A DNA stretch of 64,000 nt from Candidatus Bathyarchaeota archaeon (GTDB lineage Archaea; Thermoproteota; Bathyarchaeia; 40CM-2-53-6): contig VBBR01000032.1 of assembly GCA_005881615.1 (NCBI GenBank), positions 3,183-67,182 of the forward strand, in the 5' to 3' direction. Made by a program: the position numbers and the translations under genes. A model generated the notes under the pieces. That model was not told where the DNA came from. It saw nothing but the letters and a program-made list of their open reading frames with translations, and made no database searches. Positions within the stretch are counted from its first letter, which is position 1; every line of letters begins with the position of its first letter. Positions 54,383 to 64,000 of this stretch are shown here, in pieces.

Positions 54383-55888
54383 ATGACCCTCCTTCTAATC
54401 GGCGCGATAATCGTACCGCTGATGGCCATTCCAATTCTTTACACACTTGCGAGGCGGCTAAAGGAGAAAACCGGATTCGTTTCCTTCGCTCTTCTTCTCA
54501 TCCCGCTCGTAACAATACTCTACGCCGCGCTTCAAGGAACTGGATCCAACCAAGGAACCTACCAAGAACTGTACTCTTGGTCTCCAATCGGAAACTTCGG
54601 CTTCCGAGTCGACAACCTAAGCCTTCCAATTCTCTTCATCATCGGCCTGCTCACATCCCTAGTTTCTCTCTTCTCTGTCCCCTACATGCGTCAAAGAATA
54701 GGCGACGACCCAGGACGCTATGGGCTGTACTACAGCCTCTATGCCCTGTACTCTCTCGGAATGATTGGGACGGTTTTAGCGACCAACCTGATCGAGTTCT
54801 ATCTCTTCTTTGAGATAATGCTCGTTCCATCTTTCTTCCTCATCGCCGAATGGGGTTACGGCGAGAAAGAAAGAATCTCGCTAACATACTTCATTTGGAC
54901 CCATGTCGGGGCGTTGGTGCTTCTCGTCGGGATCCTAGTCACCGCTTTTCTGACTGGCGCTACCGATATGGACGTCGTAATCGGCAACCTCACGGCGACC
55001 CCAGGACTCATCTCAACAACTCTCCGACTTGGGATAGTCGCAGCTATGTGCTTCGGATTTTTCGTAAAGATTGGCCAGTTCGGATTACACGTCTGGCTTC
55101 CATCGGCCTACGCCGAGGCGCCCGCGCCAGTCAGCACAATTCTAGCTGCTGCTATGACGGGAATAGGTGGATACGCGACCGTTAGGATAGTCATGACGAT
55201 ATTCCCGCAGTCCTTCCTGACTTTTTCGGCCTTCTTCGCAGGCTGGGCCCTTATCACAATGATCTATGGTAGCGCGATGGCGCTGGTGCAAGATGACATC
55301 AAGCGGTTGCTAGCATATTCTAGTATCAGCCAGATGGGCTACATTCTATTCGGGCTCGCAGCATTCAACTCGTTCGGCGTTTCGGGCTCTATGTTTCAAT
55401 ACGTGAGCAATGGGACCGCCAAAGGAATACTCTTCATCGTAGTCGGCGCGGTCATGCTTCAGGTCCGAGGCGAGAGAAGCCTAAGCAAACTCGGGGGACT
55501 CGCGAGCAAAATGCCCATCACGGCTACCGCCGCCTTCATCGGATCTCTAACTCTCGCCGGTCTGCCCTCCACCAACGGGTTCCTATCCGAATTCTTCCTG
55601 TTCCAAGGCGGATTCGTAAGAGCTACCGATACAGCCTCGGAATACCGTCTCGTAATTGCTGTCCTTGGAATTATAGCCACAGCCCTCACAGCAGGCTACT
55701 CCCTAATGGCAATGAAGAAGATCTTCTTTGGAGCACCAAACTCGGATACCGCCGATGTCAAGGAAGCGCCGTGGACGATTACCCTTCCTCTCATCACACT
55801 CAGCATCGTAACCTTAGTCTTGGGCATCTATCCGGAGCCTATACTCGGTCGACTACTTTCTGCAGCAAGGGCCATCGTGGGGTCATAG
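54383..55888 (+). CDS. additional NuoM/MrpD-like antiporter-type subunit
   Basis: 501 aa; WLPSAYAEAPAPVSTILAAAMTGIGGYA resembles the NuoM/ND4 TM7 motif but is distinct from the canonical nuoM at 57985. Confidence 0.75.
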   Translation: MTLLLIGAIIVPLMAIPILYTLARRLKEKTGFVSFALLLIPLVTILYAALQGTGSNQGTYQELYSWSPIGNFGFRVDNLSLPILFIIGLLTSLVSLFSVPYMRQRIGDDPGRYGLYYSLYALYSLGMIGTVLATNLIEFYLFFEIMLVPSFFLIAEWGYGEKERISLTYFIWTHVGALVLLVGILVTAFLTGATDMDVVIGNLTATPGLISTTLRLGIVAAMCFGFFVKIGQFGLHVWLPSAYAEAPAPVSTILAAAMTGIGGYATVRIVMTIFPQSFLTFSAFFAGWALITMIYGSAMALVQDDIKRLLAYSSISQMGYILFGLAAFNSFGVSGSMFQYVSNGTAKGILFIVVGAVMLQVRGERSLSKLGGLASKMPITATAAFIGSLTLAGLPSTNGFLSEFFLFQGGFVRATDTASEYRLVIAVLGIIATALTAGYSLMAMKKIFFGAPNSDTADVKEAPWTITLPLITLSIVTLVLGIYPEPILGRLLSAARAIVGS

Positions 55889-55892
55889 GCAA

Positions 55893-57983
55893 TTGGCCAC
55901 CTCTCTTCTCGCATGGCTCATCTGGATCACGCCACTAGTAGGCGCCCTTCTCACCCCGCTAATCGCGAAGATTCACTCTAGAGTTCGCGATATCGCAGCA
56001 GTAGGTTTCACCCTTGTTGCTGCTGTATTGGCGACTATGACGGCACTAACGGTCTCGGCCGGAGACTACACTGTCGCCTGGATTCCCTCTCTCACCATCA
56101 CCGCCGGAGTTCTTGTCGATCCTCTTAGCCTCTTCATGGCAAACATAGTTGCATGGATCAGCCTCGTCATCATGATCTATAGCGTCGGCTACATGAAGGG
56201 CGAATTCGGCATGACGCGATACTGGTTCTTCATGAACCTCTTCATCGGAAACATGCTACTTCTCGTGCTCGCTGACAATCTGCTAATGATGTTCTTCGGT
56301 TGGGAAGGCGTAGGCCTCTGCTCCTACGCATTGATCGGTCACTTCTATCGAGACGAGGCACAATACTGGGTAGGTAGCCCCGGCGACAAAGCACTAGGTG
56401 TCTCGGAAGAATATTCTCCAACAAAGTCAGGGATGAAGGCGTTCATCATGACGAGAATCGGAGACGTCGCGTTGCTGATCTCGATCTTTCTTATCTACGC
56501 TTTTGCGAGGACCTTCAACTACAATCAGCTAGTAATAGAGCTAGGCGGTGCAGGGAGCTGGGCCGCCAATCTAGCTCGACTCGGCCTGCTGCTTCCCACG
56601 GCACTACTGTTCTTCGGAGGACCGATCGGGAAATCGGCTCAGTTTCCCTTGCAGGAATGGCTTCCGGACGCGATGACCGGTCCTGCCTCAGTCTCCGCTC
56701 TAATCCACGCCGCTACGATGGTCAAGGCGGGTGTCTTCCTTACTGGAAGAATGGGACCAGTATTCTTCATCGCGCTATCTCAGTTCAACCAAGTCCCACA
56801 ATTCTTCGGCGTGATCGCTTGGATAGGCGCGTTTACAGCGCTCCTAGCCGCGAGCCAAGCCGCAGTCGCTCGAGAAATAAAGAAAGTCCTAGCCTACTCT
56901 ACAGTCTCTCAGATCGGCTACATGATGCTGGCCCTCGGCGTGGCAGGGCTTAGCGCCAACTTCCTGGCCGGATACACCGCAGGACTATTTCACCTTCTCA
57001 GCCACGCCGTGTTCAAGGCCTCGCTATTCCTTGCAGCAGGATGGGTGTTGCACGTCACAGAATCCCGTTTCATGGACGAAATGGGCGGGTTGGCAAGAGC
57101 GATGAGGCTGACCTCCGCGTCGATGCTTCTGGCTGGGCTCTCTCTTATGGGAATCCCCCCGTTCAGCGGGTTCTGGACAAAAGACGCGATACTTTCGGTC
57201 AGCTTCCTCGGGGGACAATACATCCTCTATGGATTAGCACTCGCTACCGCATTCATCACCGGTTTCTACACGGTCAGAATGCTCGGGATCACTCTTGCTG
57301 GAAAGCCTAGCAAACATGCCGAGGATCTGACGGAGAGTGGAAAGCATCCTCACGAAGCCGGGTTCATGATGCTAATGCCCTATTTGCTTCTGGCCGTTGG
57401 CAGTCTTGGTTTGGGACTTGCTTACCCATTCTACAGTGGTCCATTGACCACATATATTGCGAGCACTTTCAGCTCAGCCCTCTACAAGTTCCCAGCTGCA
57501 ACCATCTCGACTTCTGGTCTTACAGACCTTCTCCTTCTCTCCGTGAGCACACTCGTAGCCGTGACGGGCGGCATAGTGGGTTACCTTCTCTACTTCAAGA
57601 AAACCTACGAGTTCAAAACGGACATGAACCCTATCCAACGATTCCTCTACAAACGATGGTATCTCGACGCCATCTACTACAAAGTCTTCGTATCGGGCAT
57701 ACTCGCAGCGAGCCGTGGACTTTTCACCTACGTTGAGCAGGGGATCTGGAACAGGTTGAACAACGCGTTTGCTCAAGATATCATGGATTATTCCAAGGCG
57801 AGTGATCAGCTTGACACACAGGTTGTAGACCGAGCCGCAAACGAAGTGGCGTCGTACGGCTCGCGGCTTAGCAACTTCCTCCGAAAGCTACAATCAGGAG
57901 TAACTGAGCAGTACGTCATTGCCTTCGCCATCGGAATAATTCTCCTCCTAGCCTACATGCTATTCGTTGTAGGGGCCACCTAA
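55893..57983 (+). CDS. nuoL: NADH-quinone oxidoreductase subunit L
   Basis: 696 aa; WLPDAMTGPASVSALIHAATMVKAGVFL and a long C-terminal extension as in NuoL/ND5. Confidence 0.85.
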   Translation: MATSLLAWLIWITPLVGALLTPLIAKIHSRVRDIAAVGFTLVAAVLATMTALTVSAGDYTVAWIPSLTITAGVLVDPLSLFMANIVAWISLVIMIYSVGYMKGEFGMTRYWFFMNLFIGNMLLLVLADNLLMMFFGWEGVGLCSYALIGHFYRDEAQYWVGSPGDKALGVSEEYSPTKSGMKAFIMTRIGDVALLISIFLIYAFARTFNYNQLVIELGGAGSWAANLARLGLLLPTALLFFGGPIGKSAQFPLQEWLPDAMTGPASVSALIHAATMVKAGVFLTGRMGPVFFIALSQFNQVPQFFGVIAWIGAFTALLAASQAAVAREIKKVLAYSTVSQIGYMMLALGVAGLSANFLAGYTAGLFHLLSHAVFKASLFLAAGWVLHVTESRFMDEMGGLARAMRLTSASMLLAGLSLMGIPPFSGFWTKDAILSVSFLGGQYILYGLALATAFITGFYTVRMLGITLAGKPSKHAEDLTESGKHPHEAGFMMLMPYLLLAVGSLGLGLAYPFYSGPLTTYIASTFSSALYKFPAATISTSGLTDLLLLSVSTLVAVTGGIVGYLLYFKKTYEFKTDMNPIQRFLYKRWYLDAIYYKVFVSGILAASRGLFTYVEQGIWNRLNNAFAQDIMDYSKASDQLDTQVVDRAANEVASYGSRLSNFLRKLQSGVTEQYVIAFAIGIILLLAYMLFVVGAT

Positions 57984-57984
57984 G

Positions 57985-59475
57985 ATGATCGGACTGCTTT
58001 CAATTGCCATCTTTCTCCCAGCAGTACTGGCAGCCCCGACATATTTGCTCGGCAGAAAGAACGCCAAAGTGGCAAAGATTCTGGGATTAGGAACCACTGC
58101 CATCGTCTTCGTTATTTCAATCATGATTCTTGTGGTCTTTCAATATGGTCAGGCCGGGTTCCAGCTCTCTGAGAGCATTCCGTGGGCGGGGTCCTTCGGG
58201 CTCAACTACAAAGTCGGAATTGACGGTATCAGCCTTCCACTCCTCATGATAGCCACGTTTCTGAGCCTGCTATCCGCAGCGGGATCTTGGGATCAGATTA
58301 CCTTCAGACACGCTGAGTACTATGCTCTCTTCCTCATCTTCGAAACGGGAATTATAGGCGTCTTCACTTCCCTCAACCTGATTCTGTTCTATCTTTTCTG
58401 GGAGATCGTTCTCATTCCAATGTTCTTTTTCATCGGAATCTGGGGCGGACCCCGCCGGAGATATGCCTCTCTAAAATTCCTCATTTTCACATATTCCGGT
58501 AGCGCGGTGATGCTCTTCGGTTTTCTTGCCCTATATGCCTGGACCGGAACCTCGGCCTACCCTGGAGGGCCCTCGTTCGATTATGATGTTCTGGCGGCGA
58601 GGATTCCTAACCTTGCACTGCCACTCCAGCTCGTCGTAGCAATCACAACCTTCGTTGGATTCGCTGTGAAGCTTCCAATATTCCCACTTCACACCTGGCT
58701 GCCTGATGCCCACGTAGAGGCCCCGGCACCGGTAAGCGTTCTCCTTGCTGGTTTGCTTCTCAAGATGGGCGGTTATGGATTGATTCGATACAACCTGCTA
58801 CTATTCCCGAAAGCGGTGAATGTTCTCTGGCCCTACTTCACAACCATCGGCCTCATCACAATGATCTATGGTGCATCAGTCGCGCTCGTCGCCAAGGACA
58901 TCAAGAGAATGATTGCCCTTACGAGCGTCAATCACATGGGCTACGTTCTCCTCGGAGCCTTCACCGCTACGGTCGCAGGGGTTTCAGGAGCGGTCTTTCA
59001 AATGTTCAGCCACGGGCTTGCAGTTGGAATGCTCTTCCTCATGTCCGGGTACATCCATGACCATACAGGAACGAGAAATATCGACGAACTCAAAGGGCTG
59101 AGAGGAAAGATGCCCCAGACAGTCACACTCCTCTTCTTGGCGTCAATGGCTGCCATGGCAGTTCCTGGTTTCGCCAATTTCATCAGCGAATATCTCGTGA
59201 TCCAGGGAGCCCTCAGCGTGAGCTATCTCTTCGCGATCGCCATCGTCGCACCAGCTCTCACCGTCGGATACTTCCTCTGGATGCTAAGACGAGTCGCCAT
59301 GACCCCGGGGGTTGGTCCTAAGAACGAACTCAGACTTCACTCGATCCTGATTCTAGTCGCATTTCTCGTCCCGTTGCTGATCTTCGGAGTGTATCCTCCA
59401 CCAATACTAGGGAGTGTGATAACGCCAACGGTGGAGAAATGGATTGGAACGATAGTTGCTCTGGGAGCAAGGTAG
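57985..59475 (+). CDS. nuoM: NADH-quinone oxidoreductase subunit M
   Basis: HTWLPDAHVEAPAPVSVLLAGLLLKMGGYG (ND4-type). Confidence 0.85.
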   Translation: MIGLLSIAIFLPAVLAAPTYLLGRKNAKVAKILGLGTTAIVFVISIMILVVFQYGQAGFQLSESIPWAGSFGLNYKVGIDGISLPLLMIATFLSLLSAAGSWDQITFRHAEYYALFLIFETGIIGVFTSLNLILFYLFWEIVLIPMFFFIGIWGGPRRRYASLKFLIFTYSGSAVMLFGFLALYAWTGTSAYPGGPSFDYDVLAARIPNLALPLQLVVAITTFVGFAVKLPIFPLHTWLPDAHVEAPAPVSVLLAGLLLKMGGYGLIRYNLLLFPKAVNVLWPYFTTIGLITMIYGASVALVAKDIKRMIALTSVNHMGYVLLGAFTATVAGVSGAVFQMFSHGLAVGMLFLMSGYIHDHTGTRNIDELKGLRGKMPQTVTLLFLASMAAMAVPGFANFISEYLVIQGALSVSYLFAIAIVAPALTVGYFLWMLRRVAMTPGVGPKNELRLHSILILVAFLVPLLIFGVYPPPILGSVITPTVEKWIGTIVALGAR

Positions 59476-59481
59476 TCCTAA

Positions 59482-60936
59482 TTGGCATTACTATCGCTGA
59501 CCCCGTTTCTCAGCCTAGCGGTATTCGGGCTACTCGCCACTCCTGCGGGCTTCCTCCGTTTCAGAAATTCGAAGCTTGGTCTCGCGCCCTTCGTTTCTAT
59601 CTTAGGCTTGGCTGTGGCCATGGTCTCCACGGTATGGCTTGGATTCACCAGCTCCTCGCCAGTATCTTTCGGAGGGCTCCAAATTGACTCGTTTACCCTG
59701 TTCTTTTCAGGAGTCCTGCTAATTGTAGCGATGTTCGTGGCTGTTGCCTCGCTGCAATACATGCGAGATGACCCCAACAAGGGGCCGTTTTTCGGACTCC
59801 TGTTGCTTTCGACCCTCGGCATGATCGTTCTGGCCGCTTCAATGGATCTGATCCTTCTCTATGTGGGCTGGGAGTTGATGAGCATTCCCACCTATGCCTT
59901 GACAGCGTTCAGGAAGAACGACCCGAATTCCAACGAAGCCGCTATGAAATTCTTCGTCCTCTCAGCGCTCTCCTCCGCGCTCATCGTCTATGCCATCTCC
60001 CTGGTTTTCGGCATAACAGGCTCAACCGGGCTGACGGCTATTGCGAGCGCCCTATCGACAGCTGGACCAGATGTTCGTCCATTCGGCGTCCTCGCCATAG
60101 TCCTGTTCATCGTCGGGTTCGGGGTGAAGATGGCAGTCGTTCCATTTCACATGTGGATACCCGACGCTTTCGAAGGCGCCCCAGTGACTATTGGTGCGTT
60201 TTTGGCGGCGGGCGCGAAGATGGCCGCATTCGCGGCAGCGTTTCGAGTATTCATTGTAGGAATCTTACCTTTCAACGTGGACTTCTACTCGACATTTGCG
60301 ATTGTAGCGGTGGTAACAATGACTATGGGAAACGTTGCGGCCCTTATGCAGAAGAGCTTCACACGCCTCCTTGCATACTCTAGCATCGCCCAGGCCGGCT
60401 ACGTCCTAATGGCCCTTGCCACTCCATTCACGACGACCAATGTGCCGTTGGGTCTGGCTGGCGGACTCTTCCACGTGCTGAACTATGCAATCCTGAAGAC
60501 CGCGGCATTCGTTGCCGCGGCGGCGATCGCTACCAAGCTTTCAGTTAGAGACCTTGATTCTCTCAACGGGCTCTCCCGAAGAATGCCCCAAACGTCTCTC
60601 AGCATAGCGGTAATTTTTCTCGGCCTCGCAGGAGTGCCTCCCCTGAACGGCTTTTTCAGCAAAGTAATGTTGTTCACGGGCGCGATCTATTCGCCGTATA
60701 GCTGGGGCGGCTACCTAGCATTGGCCGCGCTGATTAACAGCGGTTTCAGCATGAGCTACTATGGTTGGGTCATCAAGAGAATGTATTTTGACGAACCGTC
60801 AGATCAGTCCAGGATTCCCGAACCACGAATCTACATGGCCGTTCTTTGGGCAGCCACGATCTTGATCTTTGCCATAGGACTATATCCTGACCCCTGGATT
60901 CGGTTGGTTCTGAGCGCTGCCGCTGCATTGCACTAG
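59482..60936 (+). CDS. nuoN: NADH-quinone oxidoreductase subunit N
   Basis: MWIPDAFEGAPVTIGAFLAAGAKMAAFAA (ND2-type). Confidence 0.85.
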   Translation: MALLSLTPFLSLAVFGLLATPAGFLRFRNSKLGLAPFVSILGLAVAMVSTVWLGFTSSSPVSFGGLQIDSFTLFFSGVLLIVAMFVAVASLQYMRDDPNKGPFFGLLLLSTLGMIVLAASMDLILLYVGWELMSIPTYALTAFRKNDPNSNEAAMKFFVLSALSSALIVYAISLVFGITGSTGLTAIASALSTAGPDVRPFGVLAIVLFIVGFGVKMAVVPFHMWIPDAFEGAPVTIGAFLAAGAKMAAFAAAFRVFIVGILPFNVDFYSTFAIVAVVTMTMGNVAALMQKSFTRLLAYSSIAQAGYVLMALATPFTTTNVPLGLAGGLFHVLNYAILKTAAFVAAAAIATKLSVRDLDSLNGLSRRMPQTSLSIAVIFLGLAGVPPLNGFFSKVMLFTGAIYSPYSWGGYLALAALINSGFSMSYYGWVIKRMYFDEPSDQSRIPEPRIYMAVLWAATILIFAIGLYPDPWIRLVLSAAAALH

Positions 60937-61523
60937 TCGCCTCGCGAGGCCATGAGCCGCCCATTTAGAATGTCTGCAATCTCAGAGAGGTCGCTGATCA
61001 CCTTCTCCCGCTGAAACTGTCTTTCTTCATGACCAAAATCAATTTGGATGGTTTCAACAACGAAATCACCCTTCTCATCTTTCTGGCTGTAACTCGTGAC
61101 TATGCTTCTGGGCTCCGGCTTCACGAATTCCTTGTCCATCGTTATCGCGAAGTCTTTGACCAGCCTTGCCCTTACTAGCTCCATCGTGGAGTCAGAACTC
61201 ATCTGCCCTAGGGCTGTCCCGATGTCGACACCTGGGTCCTTCTTGCCGTGGATGTCTAGAACATATCTGATTCCATCTTCTGCTATGAAAGTCTCAATGC
61301 CCTTTCGGAGCTCTGATTTCGCAGATTGAATCTTATTCAGATCCAAGAATTCTTTGCTGACCTTACCAATAACAGCATAGGATCTCGAAGTTAAGGCTGC
61401 TTCCTCAACGATTGAACCAGTATAGAGGTCTGCGTCAGGGCTCGCGACGTGCGGAGCAATTAAAAGAACACGTCCTATACCGACGATTTCTACGTGATCA
61501 GGGTGAATAATCTTGACGGGCAC
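60933..61523 (-). CDS. hypothetical protein (possibly amidohydrolase-like, e.g. N-formylglutamate amidohydrolase-type fold)
   Basis: 196 aa; LLIAPHVASP...YVLDIHG pattern hints at a Zn-hydrolase of the FGase/AstE type. Weak. Confidence 0.4.
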   Translation of the reverse strand: MPVKIIHPDHVEIVGIGRVLLIAPHVASPDADLYTGSIVEEAALTSRSYAVIGKVSKEFLDLNKIQSAKSELRKGIETFIAEDGIRYVLDIHGKKDPGVDIGTALGQMSSDSTMELVRARLVKDFAITMDKEFVKPEPRSIVTSYSQKDEKGDFVVETIQIDFGHEERQFQREKVISDLSEIADILNGRLMASRGD

Positions 61524-61689
61524 TCCCTAGGCACCTCGTATGTAGAATAAGGCTTGGAAACTATATCAAAACTGGCTTTGTCAGGCTATCGGTTTTTTTT
61601 GACCACTTTCATTCACCTATCTGTAAAATAGTTCTCTGGCACGTCTATGTTGGTAGTCATCAGTCGATGAAGCCTAGTCTGGAGGCGAG

Positions 61690-61920
61690 ATGTGGGTTTT
61701 GACCCGAAATAGCCGACTGGGCCGATGCTGGGTAGAAGGTTGCCTTGACCAGGCGTAAAACCCTGACTTGCAAACGGTCTAGCTGGCCCGGTGAATGCCA
61801 GGCGAGAACCGTGAGGTTCGCGGCCGTCGCGTCCACAAGTGAAGCAATAGTACGGGAACCCCAGACTGAGGGCAATCCTGAAAGTCGATGCAGATGAGTC
61901 AGGACTCATCAATCAAGGAC
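61690..61920. other. GC-rich, ORF-poor segment with repeated CCAGGCG motifs; candidate structured ncRNA (strand undetermined)
   Basis: 500-bp divergent gap between the gene at 60933-61523 and atpH. The only ORFs here (61613..61912, 61660..61875, minus) have an odd Pro/Gly/Ser/Arg composition. Motifs ttgaccaggcgtaaaacc and atgccaggcgagaacc recur. Confidence 0.2.
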
Positions 61921-62021
61921 CTGACAGAACCTCAAAACCCATCCTCGAACAGTTTTATAGCGATCGTTGAGGGCATGCGTTTGAAACCTCAGTTTCATGG
62001 TGTCTTTGGAGCAGAAATTGC

Positions 62022-62339
62022 TTGTCCGGAATGGAGGCTGTAAGGAAGATTGTGGAAACTGAGGCACAGGCTAAGCGGATAATCGAGGATGCGAAGTTAA
62101 GGGCTCAGGAAATTCTAGAGAGTGCCTCTGCAGAGTCACAGAGGGTTCGGCAGACCGCTATATCTGGTGCAGATCAGGATAAGGCTCGGATATTGAAAGA
62201 GGCACGAGAGAAGGCCGAAGCTGACGCTAGAAGTTCAGACGAAGAGACCAACGCTTTACTGGAGAATTACAAAAATCTCTTCGAGAAAAGGAAAGAAGTC
62301 GCCGTAAAGAAAGCCGTTGAATTGATCTTGGGAGGCTGA
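62022..62339 (+). CDS. atpH: A-type ATP synthase subunit H
   Basis: 105-aa all-helical, Glu/Lys/Ala-rich protein (MSGMEAVRKIVETEAQAKRIIEDAKLRAQEIL...) at the head of an atp operon. Confidence 0.65.
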   Translation: MSGMEAVRKIVETEAQAKRIIEDAKLRAQEILESASAESQRVRQTAISGADQDKARILKEAREKAEADARSSDEETNALLENYKNLFEKRKEVAVKKAVELILGG

Positions 62340-62344
62340 AAGAA

Positions 62345-62950
62345 TTGGCGGAGTCTTTGGAGAAGCTTCACAACCGGATACTGTCCGACGCAAAACTGAA
62401 GGCCGCCGATGTCATCCGAGAGGCAGAAGAAAAGGCAAGGCAGAGTGTAGAAGAGTCTAGGGTTCAGGCACAAAAGGATGCAGACGAGATCCTCTCGAAG
62501 GCCAACTTAGAAGCTGAGAGTATCAGAAGAGGCATTCTCAGCTCGAGAATTAGAGCGAACCGTCTCCGAGTTCTCGATGAAAAGAATAAGATCGTTCAGA
62601 GCGTCCTCAAGTCTGTGGAACAGAGGCTTTCTGACATTGCCAGCACGGATCAGTTCCAGCCAGCTCTGAAACGGTTTGTCGCCGAGGCCGTTGATGCGGT
62701 GGGGGCGGATGATATAGTTGTGAGAGTTGGCTTTCAGAATGCGGAGAGAAAAAGTCTCGACTCTCTGGGACGAACTCTCCCAACGAGGACTAGATTCGTC
62801 GTCGAGGACAAATCCATCGACGACCTAGGTGGAGTGGTTGCAGGCGACGTCGGGGGAAAGATGATTTTCAATAATTCTTTTAGGGCTCGCATTGAGAGAC
62901 TGGACAACCAACTGCTGACGACGATTTCCTCTACAATATTTGGCGAGTAG
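62345..62950 (+). CDS. atpE: A/V-type ATP synthase subunit E
   Basis: 201 aa; long N-terminal helix plus a C-terminal globular part ...DLGGVVAGDVGGKMIFNNSFRARIERL... as in subunit E. Confidence 0.65.
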   Translation: MAESLEKLHNRILSDAKLKAADVIREAEEKARQSVEESRVQAQKDADEILSKANLEAESIRRGILSSRIRANRLRVLDEKNKIVQSVLKSVEQRLSDIASTDQFQPALKRFVAEAVDAVGADDIVVRVGFQNAERKSLDSLGRTLPTRTRFVVEDKSIDDLGGVVAGDVGGKMIFNNSFRARIERLDNQLLTTISSTIFGE

Positions 62951-62979
62951 GTCCGAATTTCTTGCTTAGACCAGAGACG

Positions 62980-64000
62980 ATGCATCAGGTCAGCATCATA
63001 GTCGCAAAGGACCAGATCCACAACCTCCTCTCATACGCCGGGAAAGAACACGTGATCCATCTCGTTACCGTTGAGGATGAAAAACTTCCACCCGGTGCCG
63101 CTCCATTCGAAGCTACCAGTCTTCTGTCCAAATCTGCGACTATCAGGAACCGCATCTCAGCACTATCCGCTGCTCTTCAACCGATTAAAGGTGAACCGGA
63201 GAAGATCGAAGCTCCCATTCATAACATCGATGAACTCGCACTCTTCCTCGATCAGGAAACCTCGAAACTCGAAGGGTCCGTTCACGAACTTGAAGAATCG
63301 CAAGGCAAATTGCTTTCCGACAAGGAGAGAACCTCAGAATTTTCACGGTTTCTTTCAGGGTTAGAAACTATCGGGATGCCACTCGGGGCTATAGGCGGCA
63401 GCGGTTTCTTGGTCACTCTCGCCGGAGAATGCGCGAGAGAGTCAACTGTCGCCATCCAGCGGGACTTAGATGAGCAGACCTACGGTAATCTGATCTTCGT
63501 CATCACCCATAGCACCGAAAGAACTCAGACCTTCTTGGCGATTTTTCCCCATGCCTTCGAAGATGACGCTAAACAAGCGGCCGCGGCACTAGGTGCAAAG
63601 GTGGAAGAGCCTTGGCAGGATCTTCCCCCAGACCCCAAGCAAGCCAAGGACTTCATTGATGCCAGACTCGCGGAGATAGAGGATACAGAGAAGAAACTTG
63701 ATCACCAGCGTGAACTCCTTAGGAAGGAGTACGGACCAAGGCTCAAGACTCTTGAATATCTGACCGAGATTCTGGAAGCCCGATCCAGAGCAGTTTCAAA
63801 TTCTTCCACTACAGAGTCTACCTTCATGCTGAGGGGGTGGGTCGCGAAAGATAGGATCCAAAACCTGACAGAAGGAGCTTCGCAAGCTTGCAAAGGACTC
63901 GTTTCTGTTCACGTAGAGAAGGCTCAAGGGCATCAGATCTCACATGGCGAGTCCCTAGAAAACGGCTTCGAGGCCAGCGACCGCCAGACTCCACCAACTC
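62980..64000 (+). CDS. atpI: A/V-type ATP synthase subunit I (a-subunit), N-terminal cytoplasmic part; continues past the window end
   Basis: Open frame from ATG 62980 to the window edge: MHQVSIIVAKDQIHNLLSYAGKEHVIHLVTVED...STFMLRGWVAKDRIQNL... is typical of the subunit I N-terminal domain. Absent from the ORF track because no stop falls in the window. Confidence 0.7.
   Translation, partial: MHQVSIIVAKDQIHNLLSYAGKEHVIHLVTVEDEKLPPGAAPFEATSLLSKSATIRNRISALSAALQPIKGEPEKIEAPIHNIDELALFLDQETSKLEGSVHELEESQGKLLSDKERTSEFSRFLSGLETIGMPLGAIGGSGFLVTLAGECARESTVAIQRDLDEQTYGNLIFVITHSTERTQTFLAIFPHAFEDDAKQAAAALGAKVEEPWQDLPPDPKQAKDFIDARLAEIEDTEKKLDHQRELLRKEYGPRLKTLEYLTEILEARSRAVSNSSTTESTFMLRGWVAKDRIQNLTEGASQACKGLVSVHVEKAQGHQISHGESLENGFEASDRQTPPT

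Noticed and set aside
61613-61912. 99-aa and 71-aa minus-strand ORFs in the atpH upstream gap
   Set aside because: Pro/Gly/Ser/Arg-rich, no start context, lie in a GC-rich segment better explained as non-coding or structured RNA.

Overview
Archaeal chromosomal window, about 55% GC. The gene set points to a TACK-lineage archaeon (Thaumarchaeota- or Aigarchaeota-like): a Cdv/ESCRT-III division system, Alba, a thermosome, two tRNA genes carrying non-canonical introns, blue-copper proteins and a haem-copper oxidase with fused subunits I+III.

Left end (1-10.3 kb): accessory region. It holds a secreted 12x tandem-repeat protein, several VOC/glyoxalase proteins, a SnoaL-like protein, an alpha/beta hydrolase, an SDR, decayed gene fragments (LLM oxidoreductase, a GmrSD/DUF1524 restriction-like gene) and two short direct copies of the 3' end of the adjacent tRNA(CAU). 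This looks like a degraded integrated element at that tRNA.

Middle (12-27 kb): a glyoxylate-shunt pair (isocitrate lyase, malate synthase), Alba, and a compact co-directional cell-division supercluster. The array reads CdvB-like, CdvA, CdvB (winged helix), CdvC/Vps4, Lrp, mini-FtsX, FtsE-like ATPase, CdvB-like, CdvA-like, and is followed by a nucleotidyltransferase and CysRS. Two of its genes (cdvC and the second cdvA-like) have conserved N-terminal domains encoded upstream of any canonical start codon. In both, the reading frame opens in +1 register at the TAG stop of the preceding ESCRT-III gene ("NNN TAG A").

Right half (27-64 kb): NUDIX hydrolase, M24 peptidase, alcohol dehydrogenase, a convergent pair of KaiC-like ATPases (one fused to a transmembrane/extracellular module), a protein-kinase-like protein, the thermosome and an AsnRS-like synthetase. 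The thermosome and synthetase are bracketed by a near-identical 59-bp inverted repeat pair 4.7 kb apart. Then come a 2-hydroxyacid dehydrogenase, a CoADR/NADH oxidase, a gluconeogenic fba-fbp-tpiA cluster, a haem-copper oxidase cluster (short CtaA-like, CoxII, fused CoxI+III, small subunits, plastocyanin-like protein), GGPP synthase, a partial Nuo operon (nuoA-H-J-K-M'-L-M-N, no nuoBCDI here) and the start of an A-type ATP synthase operon (atpH, atpE, partial atpI) preceded by a GC-rich, ORF-poor 500-bp region that may hold a structured RNA.

All calls rest on motif-level reading of the six-frame translations; no database search was possible.
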